A stretch of DNA of 64,000 bases from Eledone cirrhosa. Its lineage: Eukaryota. The number at the start of each line of letters is the position of its first letter. Within the stretch, counting starts at the first letter, position 1. The notes beneath the pieces were generated by a model. It did no database searches, was not told where the DNA came from, and saw only the letters and a program-made list of their open reading frames with translations. Shown here piece after piece: positions 1 through 15,000 of this stretch. The position numbers were made by a program, and so were the translations under genes. Location: positions 332,258,001 to 332,322,000 of the forward strand of contig OZ024743.1 in assembly GCA_964016885.1 (NCBI GenBank), given 5' to 3'.

Positions 1-3000
1 TGTCCTTGGGTATAAATATGAAATGATTTATAAGGGTACACAACATTGCTGTCCTTGGGTATAAATATGAAATGATTTATAAGGGTACACAACATTGCTG
101 TTCTTGGGTATAAATATGAAATGATTTATAAGGGTACACAACATTGCTGTCCTTGGGTATAAATATGAAATAATTTATAAGGGTACAACACAACATTGCT
201 CTCCTTGGGTATAAATATGAAATAATTTATAAGGGTATATGACATTGCTGTCCTTGGGTATAAATATGAAATAATTTATAAGGGTACACAACATTGCTCT
301 CCTTGGGTATAAATATGAAATAATTTATAAGGGTATATGACATTGCTGTCCTTGGATATAAATATGAAATAATTTATAAGGGTACACAACATTGCTGTTC
401 TTGGGTATAAATATGAAATGATTTATAAGGGTACACAACATTGCTGTCCTTGGGTATAAATATGAAATAATTTATAAGGGTATATGACATTGCTGTACTT
501 GGGTATAAATATGAAATAATTTATAAGGGTATATGACATTGCTGTCCTTGGGTATAAATATGAAATAATTTATAAGGGTACACAACATTGCTCTCCTTGG
601 GTATAAATATGAAGTAATTTATAAGGGTACACAACATTGCTCTCCTTGGGTATAAATATGAAATGATTTATAAGGGTACACAACATTGCTGTCCTTGGGT
701 ATAAATATGAAATGATTTATAAGGGTACAAAACATTGCTGTTCTTGGGTATAAATATGAAATGATTTATAAGGGTACACAACATTGCTGTCCTTGGGTAT
801 AAATATGAAATAATTTATAAGGGTACAACACAACATTGCTCTCCTTGGGTATAAATATGAAATAATTTATAAGGGTATATGACATTGCTGTCCTTGGGTA
901 TAAATATGAAATAATTTATAAGGGTACACAACATTGCTCTCCTTGGGTATAAATATGAAATAATTTATAAGGGTATATGACATTGCTGTCCTTGGATATA
1001 AATATGAAATAATTTATAAGGGTACACAACATTGCTGTTCTTGGGTATAAATATGAAATGATTTATAAGGGTACACAACATTGCTGTCCTTGGGTATAAA
1101 TATGAAATAATTTATAAGGGTACACGACATTGCTGTTCTTGGGTATAAATATGAAATAATTTATAAGGGTATACGACATTGCTGTTCTTGGGTATAAATA
1201 TCAAATGATTTATAAGGGTACACAACATTGCTGTTCTTGGGTATAAATATGAAATAATTTATAAGGGTACACAACATTGCTGTTCTTGGGTATAAATATG
1301 AAATAATTTATAAGGGTACACAACATTGCTGTTCTTGGGTATAAATATGAAATAATTTATAAGGGTATATGACATTGTTGTTCTTGGGTATAAATATGAA
1401 ATAATTTATAAGGGTATACGACATTGCTGTCCTTGGGTATAAATATGAAATGATTTATAAGGGTACACAACATTGCTGTCCTTGGGTATAAATATGAAAT
1501 GATTTATAAGGGTACACAACATTGCTGTCCTTGGGTATAAATATGAAATAATTTATAAGGGTACACAACATTGCTGTTCTTGGGTATAAATATGAAATGA
1601 TTTATAAGGGTACACAACATTGCTGTCCTTGGGTATAAATATGAAATAATTCATAAGGGTACAACACAACATTGCTCTCCTTGGGTATAAATATGAAATA
1701 ATTTATAAGGGTATATGACATTGCTGTCCTTGGGTATAAATATGAAATAATTTATAAGGGTACACAACATTGCTCTCCTTGGGTATAAATATGAAATGAT
1801 TTATAAGGGTACACAACATTGCTGTCCTTGGGTATAAATATGAAATGATTTATAAGGGTACAAAACATTGCTGTTCTTGGGTATAAATATGAAATGATTT
1901 ATAAGGGTACACAACATTGCTGTCCTTGGGTATAAATATGAAATAATTTATAAGGGTACAACACAACATTGCTCTCCTTGGGTATAAATATGAAATAATT
2001 TATAAGGGTATATGACATTGCTGTCCTTGGGTATAAATATGAAATAATTTATAAGGGTACACAACATTGCTCTCCTTGGGTATAAATATGAAATAATTTA
2101 TAAGGGTATATGACATTGCTGTCCTTGGATATAAATATGAAATAATTTATAAGGGTACACAACATTGCTGTTCTTGGGTATAAATATGAAATGATTTATA
2201 AGGGTACACAACATTGCTGTCCTTGGGTATAAATATGAAATAATTTATAAGGGTACACGACATTGCTGTTCTTGGGTATAAATATGAAATAATTTATAAG
2301 GGTATACGACATTGCTGTTCTTGGGTATAAATATCAAATGATTTATAAGGGTACACAACATTGCTGTTCTTGGGTATAAATATGAAATAATTTATAAGGG
2401 TACACAACATTGCTGTTCTTGGGTATAAATATGAAATAATTTATAAGGGTACACAACATTGCTGTTCTTGGGTATAAATATGAAATAATTTATAAGGGTA
2501 TATGTCATTGCTGTTCTTGGGTATAAATATGAAATAATTTATAAGGGTATACGACATTGCTGTCCTTGGGTATAAATATGAAATGATTTATAAGGGTACA
2601 CAACATTTCTGTCCTTGGGTATAAATATGAAATGATTTATAAGGGTACACAACATTGCTGTCCTTGGGTATAAATATGAAATAATTTATGAGGGTACACA
2701 ACATTGCTGTCCTTGGGTATAAATATGAAATAATTTATAAGGGTACACAACATTGCTGTCCTTGGTAATAAATATGAAATGATTTATAAGGGTATATGAC
2801 ATTGCTGTCCTTGGGTATAAATATGTAATAATTTATAAGGGTATATGACATTGCTGTACTTGGGTATAAATATGATATGATTTATAAGGGTACACAACAT
2901 TGCTGTCCTTGGGTATAAATATGAAATGATTTATAAGGGTACACAACATTGCTGTCCTTGGGTATAAATATGAAATGATTTATAAGGGTACACAACATTG

Positions 3001-6000
3001 CTGTCCTTGGGTATAAATATGAAATGATTTATAAGGGTACACAACATTGCTGTCCTTGGTAATAAATATGAAATAATTTATAAGGGTACACAACATTGAT
3101 GTCCTTGGGTATAAATATGAAATGATTTATAAGGGTACACAACATTGCTGTCCTTGGGTATAAATATGAAATAATTTATGAGGGTACACAACATTGCTGT
3201 CCTTGGGTATAAATATGAAATAATTTATAAGGGTACACAACATTGCTGTCCTTGGGTATAAATATGAAATAATTTATAAGGGTATATGACATTGCTATCC
3301 TTGGATATAAACATGAAATAATTTATAAGGGTACAACACAACATTGCTCTCCTTGGGTATAAATATGAAATAAGTTATAAGGGTATATGACATTGCTGTC
3401 CTTGGGTATAAATATGAAATAATTTATAAGGGTACACGACATTGCTGTTCTTGGGTATAAATATCAAATGATTTATAAGGGTACACAACATTGCTGTTCT
3501 TGGGTATAAATATGAAATAATTTATAAGGGTACACAACATTGCTGTTCTTGGGTATAAATATGAAATAATTTATAAGGGTACACAACATTGCTGTTCTTG
3601 GGTATAAATATGAAATAATTTATAAGGGTATATGACATTGCTGTTCTTGGGTATAAATATGAAATAATTTATAAGGGTATATAACATTGCTGTTCTTGGG
3701 TATAAATATGAAATAATTTATAAGGGTACACAACATTGCTGTCCTTGGGTATAAATATGAAATGATTTATAAGGGTACACAACATTGCTGTCCTTGGTAA
3801 TAAATATGAAATGATTTATAAGGGTATATGACATTGCTGTCCTTGGGTATAAATATGTAATAATTTATAAGGGTATATGACATTGCTGTACTTGGGTATA
3901 AATATGATATGATTTATAAGGGTACACAACATTGCTGTCCTTGGGTATAAATATGAAATAATTTATGAGGGTACACAACATTGCTGTCCTTGGGTATAAA
4001 TATGAAATAATTTATAAGGGTACACAACATTGCTGTCCTTGGTAATAAATATGAAATAATTTATAAGGGTATATGACATTGCTGTCCTTGGGTATAAATA
4101 TGAAATAATTTATAAGGGTACACAACATTGCTCTCCTTGGGTATAAATATGAAATAATTTATAAGGGTATATGACATTGCTGTCCTTGGATATAAATATG
4201 AAATAATTTATAAGGGTACACAATATTGCTGTCTTTGGGTATAAATATGAAATGATTTATAAGGGTACACAACATTGCTGTCCTTGGGTATAAATATGAA
4301 ATGATTTATAAGGGTACACAACATTGCTCTCCTTGGGTATAAATATGAAATAATTTATAAGGGTACACAACATTGCTCTCCTTGGGTATAAATATGAAAT
4401 GATTTATAAGGGTACACAACATTGCTGTCCTTGGGTATAAATATGAAATGATTTATAAGGGTACAAAACATTGCTGTTCTTGGGTATAAATATGAAATGA
4501 TTTATAAGGGTACACAACATTGCTGTCCTTGGGTATAAATATGAAATAATTTATAAGGGTACAACACAACATTGCTCTCCTTGGGTATAAATATGAAATA
4601 ATTTATAAGGGTATATGACATTGCTGTCCTTGGGTATAAATATGAAATAATTTATAAGGGTACACAACATTGCTCTCCTTGGGTATAAATATGAAATAAT
4701 TTATAAGGGTATATGACATTGCTGTCCTTGGATATAAATATGAAATAATTTATAAGGGTACACAACATTGCTGTTCTTGGGTATAAATATGAAATGATTT
4801 ATAAGGGTACACAACATTGCTGTCCTTGGGTATAAATATGAAATAATTTATAAGGGTACACGACATTGCTGTTCTTGGGTATAAATATGAAATAATTTAT
4901 AAGGGTATACGACATTGCTGTTCTTGGGTATAAATATCAAATTATTTATAAGGGTACACAACATTGCTGTTCTTGGGTATAAATATGAAATAATTTATAA
5001 GGGTACACAACATTGCTGTTCTTGGGTATAAATATGAAATAATTTATAAGGGTACACAACATTGCTGTTCTTGGGTATAAATATGAAATAATTTATAAGG
5101 GTATATGACATTGCTGTTCTTGGGTATAAATATGAAATAATTTATAAGGGTATACGACATTGCTGTCCTTGGGTATAAATATGAAATGATTTATAAGGGT
5201 ACACAACATTGCTGTCCTTGGGTATAAATATGAAATGATTTATAAGGGTACACAACATTGCTGTCCTTGGGTATAAATATGAAATAATTTATGAGGGTAC
5301 ACAACATTGCTGTCCTTGGGTATAAATATGAAATAATTTATAAGGGTACACAACATTGCTGTCCTTGGTAATAAATATGAAATGATTTATAAGGGTATAT
5401 GACATTGCTGTCCTTGGGTATAAATATGTAATAATTTATAAGGGTATATGACATTGCTGTACTTGGGTATAAATATGATATGATTTATAAGGGTACACAA
5501 CATTGCTGTCCTTGGGTATAAATATGAAATGATTTATAAGGGTACACAACATTGCTGTCCTTGGGTATAAATATGAAATGATTTATAAGGGTACACAACA
5601 TTGCTGTCCTTGGGTATAAATATGAAATGATTTATAAGGGTACACAACATTGCTGTCCTTGGTAATAAATATGAAATAATTTATAAGGGTACACAACATT
5701 GATGTCCTTGGGTATAAATATGAAATGATTTATAAGGGTACACAACATTGCTGTCCTTGGGTATAAATATGAAATAATTTATGAGGGTACACAACATTGC
5801 TGTCCTTGGGTATAAATATGAAATAATTTATAAGGGTACACAACATTGCTGTCCTTGGGTATAAATATGAAATAATTTATAAGGGTATATGACATTGCTA
5901 TCCTTGGATATAAACATGAAATAATTTATAAGGGTACAACACAACATTGCTCTCCTTGGGTATAAATATGAAATAATTTATAAGGGTATATGACATTGCT

Positions 6001-9000
6001 GTCCTTGGGTATAAATATGAAATAATTTATAAGGGTACACGACATTGCTGTTCTTGGGTATAAATATCAAATGATTTATAAGGGTACACAACATTGCTGT
6101 TCTTGGGTATAAATATGAAATAATTTATAAGGGTACACAACATTGCTGTTCTTGGGTATAAATATGAAATAATTTATAAGGGTACACAACATTGCTGTTC
6201 TTGGGTATAAATATGAAATAATTTATAAGGGTATATGACATTGCTGTTCTTGGGTATAAATATGAAATAATTTATAAGGGTATATAACATTGCTGTTCTT
6301 GGGTATAAATATGAAATAATTTATAAGGGTACACAACATTGCTGTCCTTGGGTATAAATATGAAATGATTTATAAGGGTACACAACATTGCTGTCCTTGG
6401 TAATAAATATGAAATGATTTATAAGGGTATATGACATTGCTGTCCTTGGGTATAAATATGTAATAATTTATAAGGGTATATGACATTGCTGTACTTGGGT
6501 ATAAATATGATATGATTTATAAGGGTACACAACATTGCTGTCCTTGGGTATAAATATGAAATAATTTATGAGGGTACACAACATTGCTGTCCTTGGGTAT
6601 AAATATGAAATAATTTATAAGGGTACACAACATTGCTGTCCTTGGTAATAAATATGAAATAATTTATAAGGGTATATGACATTGCTGTCCTTGGGTATAA
6701 ATATGAAATAATTTATAAGGGTACACAACATTGCTCTCCTTGGGTATAAATATGAAATAATTTATAAGGGTATATGACATTGCTGTCCTTGGATATAAAT
6801 ATGAAATAATTTATAAGGGTACACAACATTGCTGTTCTTGGGTATAAATATGAAATGATTTATAAGGGTACACAACATTGATGTCCTTGGGTATAAATAT
6901 GAAATAATTTATAAGGGTACACAACATTGATGTCCTTGGGTATAAATATGAAATAATTTATAAGGGTACACAATATTGCTGTCTTTGGGTATAAATATGA
7001 AATGATTTATAAGGGTACACAACATTGCTGTCCTTGGGTATAAATATGAAATGATTTATAAGGGTACACAACATTGCTGTTCTTGGGTATAAATATGAAA
7101 TGATTTATAAGGGTACACAACATTGCTGTCCTTGGGTATAAATATGAAATAATTTATAAGGGTACACAACATTGCTGTTCTTGGGTATAAATATGAAATG
7201 ATTTATAAGGGTACACGACATTGCTGTCCTTGGGTATAAATATGAAATAATTTATAAGGGTATATGACATTGCTGTACTTGGGTATAAATATGAAATAAT
7301 TTATAAGGGTATATGACATTGCTGTCCTTGGGTATAAATATGAAATAATTTATAAGGGTACACAACATTGCTCTCCTTGGGTATAAATATGAAATAATTT
7401 ATAAGGGTACACAACATTGCTGTCCTTGGGTATAAATATGAAATGATTTATAAGGGTACACAACATTGCTGTCCTTGGGTATAAATATGAAATGATTTAT
7501 AAGGGTACACAACATTGCTGTTCTTGGGTATAAATATGAAATGATTTATAAGGGTACACAACATTGCTGTCCTTGGGTATAAATATGAAATAATTTATAA
7601 GGGTACAACACAACATTGCTCTCCTTGGGTATAAATATGAAATAATTTATAAGGGTATATGACATTGCTGTCCTTGGGTATAAATATGAAATAATTTATA
7701 AGGGTACACAACATTGCTCTCCTTGGGTATAAATATGAAATAATTTATAAGGGTATATGACATTGCTGTCCTTGGATATAAATATGAAATAATTTATAAG
7801 GGTACACAACATTGCTGTTCTTGGGGATAAATATGAAATGATTTATAAGGGTACACAACATTGCTGTCCTTGGGTATAAATATGAAATAATTTATAAGGG
7901 TATATGACATTGCTGTACTTGGGTATAAATATGAAATAATTTATAAGGGTATATGACATTGCTGTCCTTGGGTATAAATATGAAATAATTTATAAGGGTA
8001 CACAACATTGCTCTCCTTGGGTATAAATATGAAATAATTTATAAGGGTACACAACATTGCTCTCCTTGGGTATAAATATGAAATGATTTATAAGGGTACA
8101 CAACATTGCTGTCCTTGGGTATAAATATGAAATGATTTATAAGGGTACAAAACATTGCTGTTCTTGGGTATAAATATGAAATGATTTATAAGGGTACACA
8201 ACATTGCTGTCCTTGGGTATAAATATGAAATAATTTATAAGGGTACAACACAACATTGCTGTCCTTGGGTATAAATATGAAATAATTTATAAGGGTACAC
8301 AACATTGCTGTCCTTGGTAATAAATATGAAATAATTTATAAGGGTATATGACATTGCTGTCCTTGGGTATAAATATGAAATAATTTATAAGGGTACACAA
8401 CATTGCTCTCCTTGGGTATAAATATGAAATAATTTATAAGGGTATATGACATTGCTGTCCTTGGATATAAATATGAAATAATTTATAAGGGTACACAACA
8501 TTGCTGTTCTTGGGTATAAATCTGAAATGATTTATAAGGGTACACAACATTGATGTCCTTGGGTATAAATATGAAATAATTTATAAGGGTACACAACATT
8601 GATGTCCTTGGGTATAAATATGAAATAATTTATAAGGGTACACAATATTGCTGTCTTTGGGTATAAATATGAAATGATTTATAAGGGTACACAACATTGC
8701 TGTCCTTGGGTATAAATATGAAATGATTTATAAGGGTACACAACATTGCTGTTCTTGGGTATAAATATGAAATGATTTATAAGGGTACACGACATTGCTG
8801 TCCTTGGGTATAAATATGAAATAATTTATAAGGGTATATGACATTGCTGTACTTGGGTATAAATATGAAATAATTTATAAGGGTATATGACATTGCCGTC
8901 CTTGGGTATAAATATGAAATAATTTATAAGGGTACACAACATTGCTCTCCTTGGGTATAAATATGAAATAATTTATAAGGGTACACAACATTGCTGTCCT

Positions 9001-12000
9001 TGGGTATAAATATGAAATGATTTATAAGGGTACACAACATTGCTGTCCTTGGGTATAAATATGAAATGATTTATAAGGGTACACAACATTGCTGTTCTTG
9101 GGTATAAATATGAAATGATTTATAAGGGTACACAACATTGCTGTCCTTGGGTATAAATATGAAATAATTTATAAGGGTACAACACAACATTGCTCTCCTT
9201 GGGTATAAATATGAAATAATTTATAAGGGTATATGACATTGCTGTCCTTGGGTATAAATATGAAATAATTTATAAGGGTACACAACATTGCTCTCCTTGG
9301 GTATAAATATGAAATAATTTATAAGGGTATATGACATTGCTGTCCTTGGATATAAATATGAAATAATTTATAAGGGTACACAACATTGCTGTTCTTGGGT
9401 ATAAATATGAAATGATTTATAAGGGTACACAACATTGCTGTCCTTGGGTATAAATATGAAATAATTTATAAGGGTATATGACATTGCTGTACTTGGGTAT
9501 AAATATGAAATAATTTATAAGGGTATATGACATTGCTGTCCTTGGGTATAAATATGAAATAATTTATAAGGGTACACAACATTGCTCTCCTTGGGTATAA
9601 ATATGAAGTAATTTATAAGGGTACACAACATTGCTCTCCTTGGGTATAAATATGAAATGATTTATAAGGGTACACAACATTGCTGTCCTTGGGTATAAAT
9701 ATGAAATGATTTATAAGGGTACAAAACATTGCTGTTCTTGGGTATAAATATGAAATGATTTATAAGGGTACACAACATTGCTGTCCTTGGGTATAAATAT
9801 GAAATAATTTATAAGGGTACAACACAACATTGCTCTCCTTGGGTATAAATATGAAATAATTTATAAGGGTATATGACATTGCTGTCCTTGGGTATAAATA
9901 TGAAATAATTTATAAGGGTACACAACATTGCTCTCCTTGGGTATAAATATGAAATAATTTATAAGGGTATATGACATTGCTGTCCTTGGATATAAATATG
10001 AAATAATTTATAAGGGTACACAACATTGCTGTTCTTGGGTATAAATATGAAATGATTTATAAGGGTACACAACATTGCTGTCCTTGGGTATAAATATGAA
10101 ATAATTTATAAGGGTACACGACATTGCTGTTCTTGGGTATAAATATGAAATAATTTATAAGGGTATACGACATTGCTGTTCTTGGGTATAAATATCAAAT
10201 GATTTATAAGGGTACACAACATTGCTGTTCTTGGGTATAAATATGAAATAATTTATAAGGGTACACAACATTGCTGTTCTTGGGTATAAATATGAAATAA
10301 TTTATAAGGGTACACAACATTGCTGTTCTTGGGTATAAATATGAAATAATTTATAAGGGTATATGACATTGTTGTTCTTGGGTATAAATATGAAATAATT
10401 TATAAGGGTATACGACATTGCTGTCCTTGGGTATAAATATGAAATGATTTATAAGGGTACACAACATTGCTGTCCTTGGGTATAAATATGAAATGATTTA
10501 TAAGGGTACACAACATTGCTGTCCTTGGGTATAAATATGAAATAATTTATAAGGGTACACAACATTGCTGTTCTTGGGTATAAATATGAAATGATTTATA
10601 AGGGTACACAACATTGCTGTCCTTGGGTATAAATATGAAATAATTCATAAGGGTACAACACAACATTGCTCTCCTTGGGTATAAATATGAAATAATTTAT
10701 AAGGGTATATGACATTGCTGTCCTTGGGTATAAATATGAAATAATTTATAAGGGTACACAACATTGCTCTCCTTGGGTATAAATATGAAATGATTTATAA
10801 GGGTACACAACATTGCTGTCCTTGGGTATAAATATGAAATGATTTATAAGGGTACAAAACATTGCTGTTCTTGGGTATAAATATGAAATGATTTATAAGG
10901 GTACACAACATTGCTGTCCTTGGGTATAAATATGAAATAATTTATAAGGGTACAACACAACATTGCTCTCCTTGGGTATAAATATGAAATAATTTATAAG
11001 GGTATATGACATTGCTGTCCTTGGGTATAAATATGAAATAATTTATAAGGGTACACAACATTGCTCTCCTTGGGTATAAATATGAAATAATTTATAAGGG
11101 TATATGACATTGCTGTCCTTGGATATAAATATGAAATAATTTATAAGGGTACACAACATTGCTGTTCTTGGGTATAAATATGAAATGATTTATAAGGGTA
11201 CACAACATTGCTGTCCTTGGGTATAAATATGAAATAATTTATAAGGGTACACGACATTGCTGTTCTTGGGTATAAATATGAAATAATTTATAAGGGTATA
11301 CGACATTGCTGTTCTTGGGTATAAATATCAAATGATTTATAAGGGTACACAACATTGCTGTTCTTGGGTATAAATATGAAATAATTTATAAGGGTACACA
11401 ACATTGCTGTTCTTGGGTATAAATATGAAATAATTTATAAGGGTACACAACATTGCTGTTCTTGGGTATAAATATGAAATAATTTATAAGGGTATATGTC
11501 ATTGCTGTTCTTGGGTATAAATATGAAATAATTTATAAGGGTATACGACATTGCTGTCCTTGGGTATAAATATGAAATGATTTATAAGGGTACACAACAT
11601 TTCTGTCCTTGGGTATAAATATGAAATGATTTATAAGGGTACACAACATTGCTGTCCTTGGGTATAAATATGAAATAATTTATGAGGGTACACAACATTG
11701 CTGTCCTTGGGTATAAATATGAAATAATTTATAAGGGTACACAACATTGCTGTCCTTGGTAATAAATATGAAATGATTTATAAGGGTATATGACATTGCT
11801 GTCCTTGGGTATAAATATGTAATAATTTATAAGGGTATATGACATTGCTGTACTTGGGTATAAATATGATATGATTTATAAGGGTACACAACATTGCTGT
11901 CCTTGGGTATAAATATGAAATGATTTATAAGGGTACACAACATTGCTGTCCTTGGGTATAAATATGAAATGATTTATAAGGGTACACAACATTGCTGTCC

Positions 12001-15000
12001 TTGGGTATAAATATGAAATGATTTATAAGGGTACACAACATTGCTGTCCTTGGTAATAAATATGAAATAATTTATAAGGGTACACAACATTGATGTCCTT
12101 GGGTATAAATATGAAATGATTTATAAGGGTACACAACATTGCTGTCCTTGGGTATAAATATGAAATAATTTATGAGGGTACACAACATTGCTGTCCTTGG
12201 GTATAAATATGAAATAATTTATAAGGGTACACAACATTGCTGTCCTTGGGTATAAATATGAAATAATTTATAAGGGTATATGACATTGCTATCCTTGGAT
12301 ATAAACATGAAATAATTTATAAGGGTACAACACAACATTGCTCTCCTTGGGTATAAATATGAAATAAGTTATAAGGGTATATGACATTGCTGTCCTTGGG
12401 TATAAATATGAAATAATTTATAAGGGTACACGACATTGCTGTTCTTGGGTATAAATATCAAATGATTTATAAGGGTACACAACATTGCTGTTCTTGGGTA
12501 TAAATATGAAATAATTTATAAGGGTACACAACATTGCTGTTCTTGGGTATAAATATGAAATAATTTATAAGGGTACACAACATTGCTGTTCTTGGGTATA
12601 AATATGAAATAATTTATAAGGGTATATGACATTGCTGTTCTTGGGTATAAATATGAAATAATTTATAAGGGTATATAACATTGCTGTTCTTGGGTATAAA
12701 TATGAAATAATTTATAAGGGTACACAACATTGCTGTCCTTGGGTATAAATATGAAATGATTTATAAGGGTACACAACATTGCTGTCCTTGGTAATAAATA
12801 TGAAATGATTTATAAGGGTATATGACATTGCTGTCCTTGGGTATAAATATGTAATAATTTATAAGGGTATATGACATTGCTGTACTTGGGTATAAATATG
12901 ATATGATTTATAAGGGTACACAACATTGCTGTCCTTGGGTATAAATATGAAATAATTTATGAGGGTACACAACATTGCTGTCCTTGGGTATAAATATGAA
13001 ATAATTTATAAGGGTACACAACATTGCTGTCCTTGGTAATAAATATGAAATAATTTATAAGGGTATATGACATTGCTGTCCTTGGGTATAAATATGAAAT
13101 AATTTATAAGGGTACACAACATTGCTCTCCTTGGGTATAAATATGAAATAATTTATAAGGGTATATGACATTGCTGTCCTTGGATATAAATATGAAATAA
13201 TTTATAAGGGTACACAATATTGCTGTCTTTGGGTATAAATATGAAATGATTTATAAGGGTACACAACATTGCTGTCCTTGGGTATAAATATGAAATGATT
13301 TATAAGGGTACACAACATTGCTCTCCTTGGGTATAAATATGAAATAATTTATAAGGGTACACAACATTGCTCTCCTTGGGTATAAATATGAAATGATTTA
13401 TAAGGGTACACAACATTGCTGTCCTTGGGTATAAATATGAAATGATTTATAAGGGTACAAAACATTGCTGTTCTTGGGTATAAATATGAAATGATTTATA
13501 AGGGTACACAACATTGCTGTCCTTGGGTATAAATATGAAATAATTTATAAGGGTACAACACAACATTGCTCTCCTTGGGTATAAATATGAAATAATTTAT
13601 AAGGGTATATGACATTGCTGTCCTTGGGTATAAATATGAAATAATTTATAAGGGTACACAACATTGCTCTCCTTGGGTATAAATATGAAATAATTTATAA
13701 GGGTATATGACATTGCTGTCCTTGGATATAAATATGAAATAATTTATAAGGGTACACAACATTGCTGTTCTTGGGTATAAATATGAAATGATTTATAAGG
13801 GTACACAACATTGCTGTCCTTGGGTATAAATATGAAATAATTTATAAGGGTACACGACATTGCTGTTCTTGGGTATAAATATGAAATAATTTATAAGGGT
13901 ACACAACATTGCTGTCCTTGGGTATAAATATGAAATGATTTATAAGGGTACACAACATTGCTGTCCTTGGGTATAAATATGAAATGATTTATAAGGGTAC
14001 ACAACATTGCTGTTCTTGGGTATAAATATGAAATGATTTATAAGGGTACACAACATTGCTGTCCTTGGGTATAAATATGAAATAATTTATAAGGGTACAA
14101 CACAACATTGCTCTCCTTGGGTATAAATATGAAATAATTTATAAGGGTATATGACATTGCTGTCCTTGGGTATAAATATGAAATAATTTATAAGGGTACA
14201 CAACATTGCTCTCCTTGGGTATAAATATGAAATAATTTATAAGGGTATATGACATTGCTGTCCTTGGATATAAATATGAAATAATTTATAAGGGTACACA
14301 ACATTGCTGTTCTTGGGTATAAATATGAAATGATTTATAAGGGTACACAACATTGCTGTCCTTGGGTATAAATATGAAATAATTTATAAGGGTATATGAC
14401 ATTGCTGTACTTGGGTATAAATATGAAATAATTTATAAGGGTATATGACATTGCTGTCCTTGGGTATAAATATGAAATAATTTATAAGGGTACACAACAT
14501 TGCTCTCCTTGGGTATAAATATGAAATAATTTATAAGGGTACACAACATTGCTCTCCTTGGGTATAAATATGAAATGATTTATAAGGGTACACAACATTG
14601 CTGTCCTTGGGTATAAATATGAAATGATTTATAAGGGTACAAAACATTGCTGTTCTTGGGTATAAATATGAAATGATTTATAAGGGTACACAACATTGCT
14701 GTCCTTGGGTATAAATATGAAATAATTTATAAGGGTACAACACAACATTGCTCTCCTTGGGTATAAATATGAAATAATTTATAAGGGTATATGACATTGC
14801 TGTCCTTGGGTATAAATATGAAATAATTTATAAGGGTACACAACATTGCTCTCCTTGGGTATAAATATGAAATAATTTATAAGGGTATATGACATTGCTG
14901 TCCTTGGATATAAATATGAAATAATTTATAAGGGTACACAACATTGCTGTTCTTGGGTATAAATATGAAATGATTTATAAGGGTACACAACATTGCTGTC

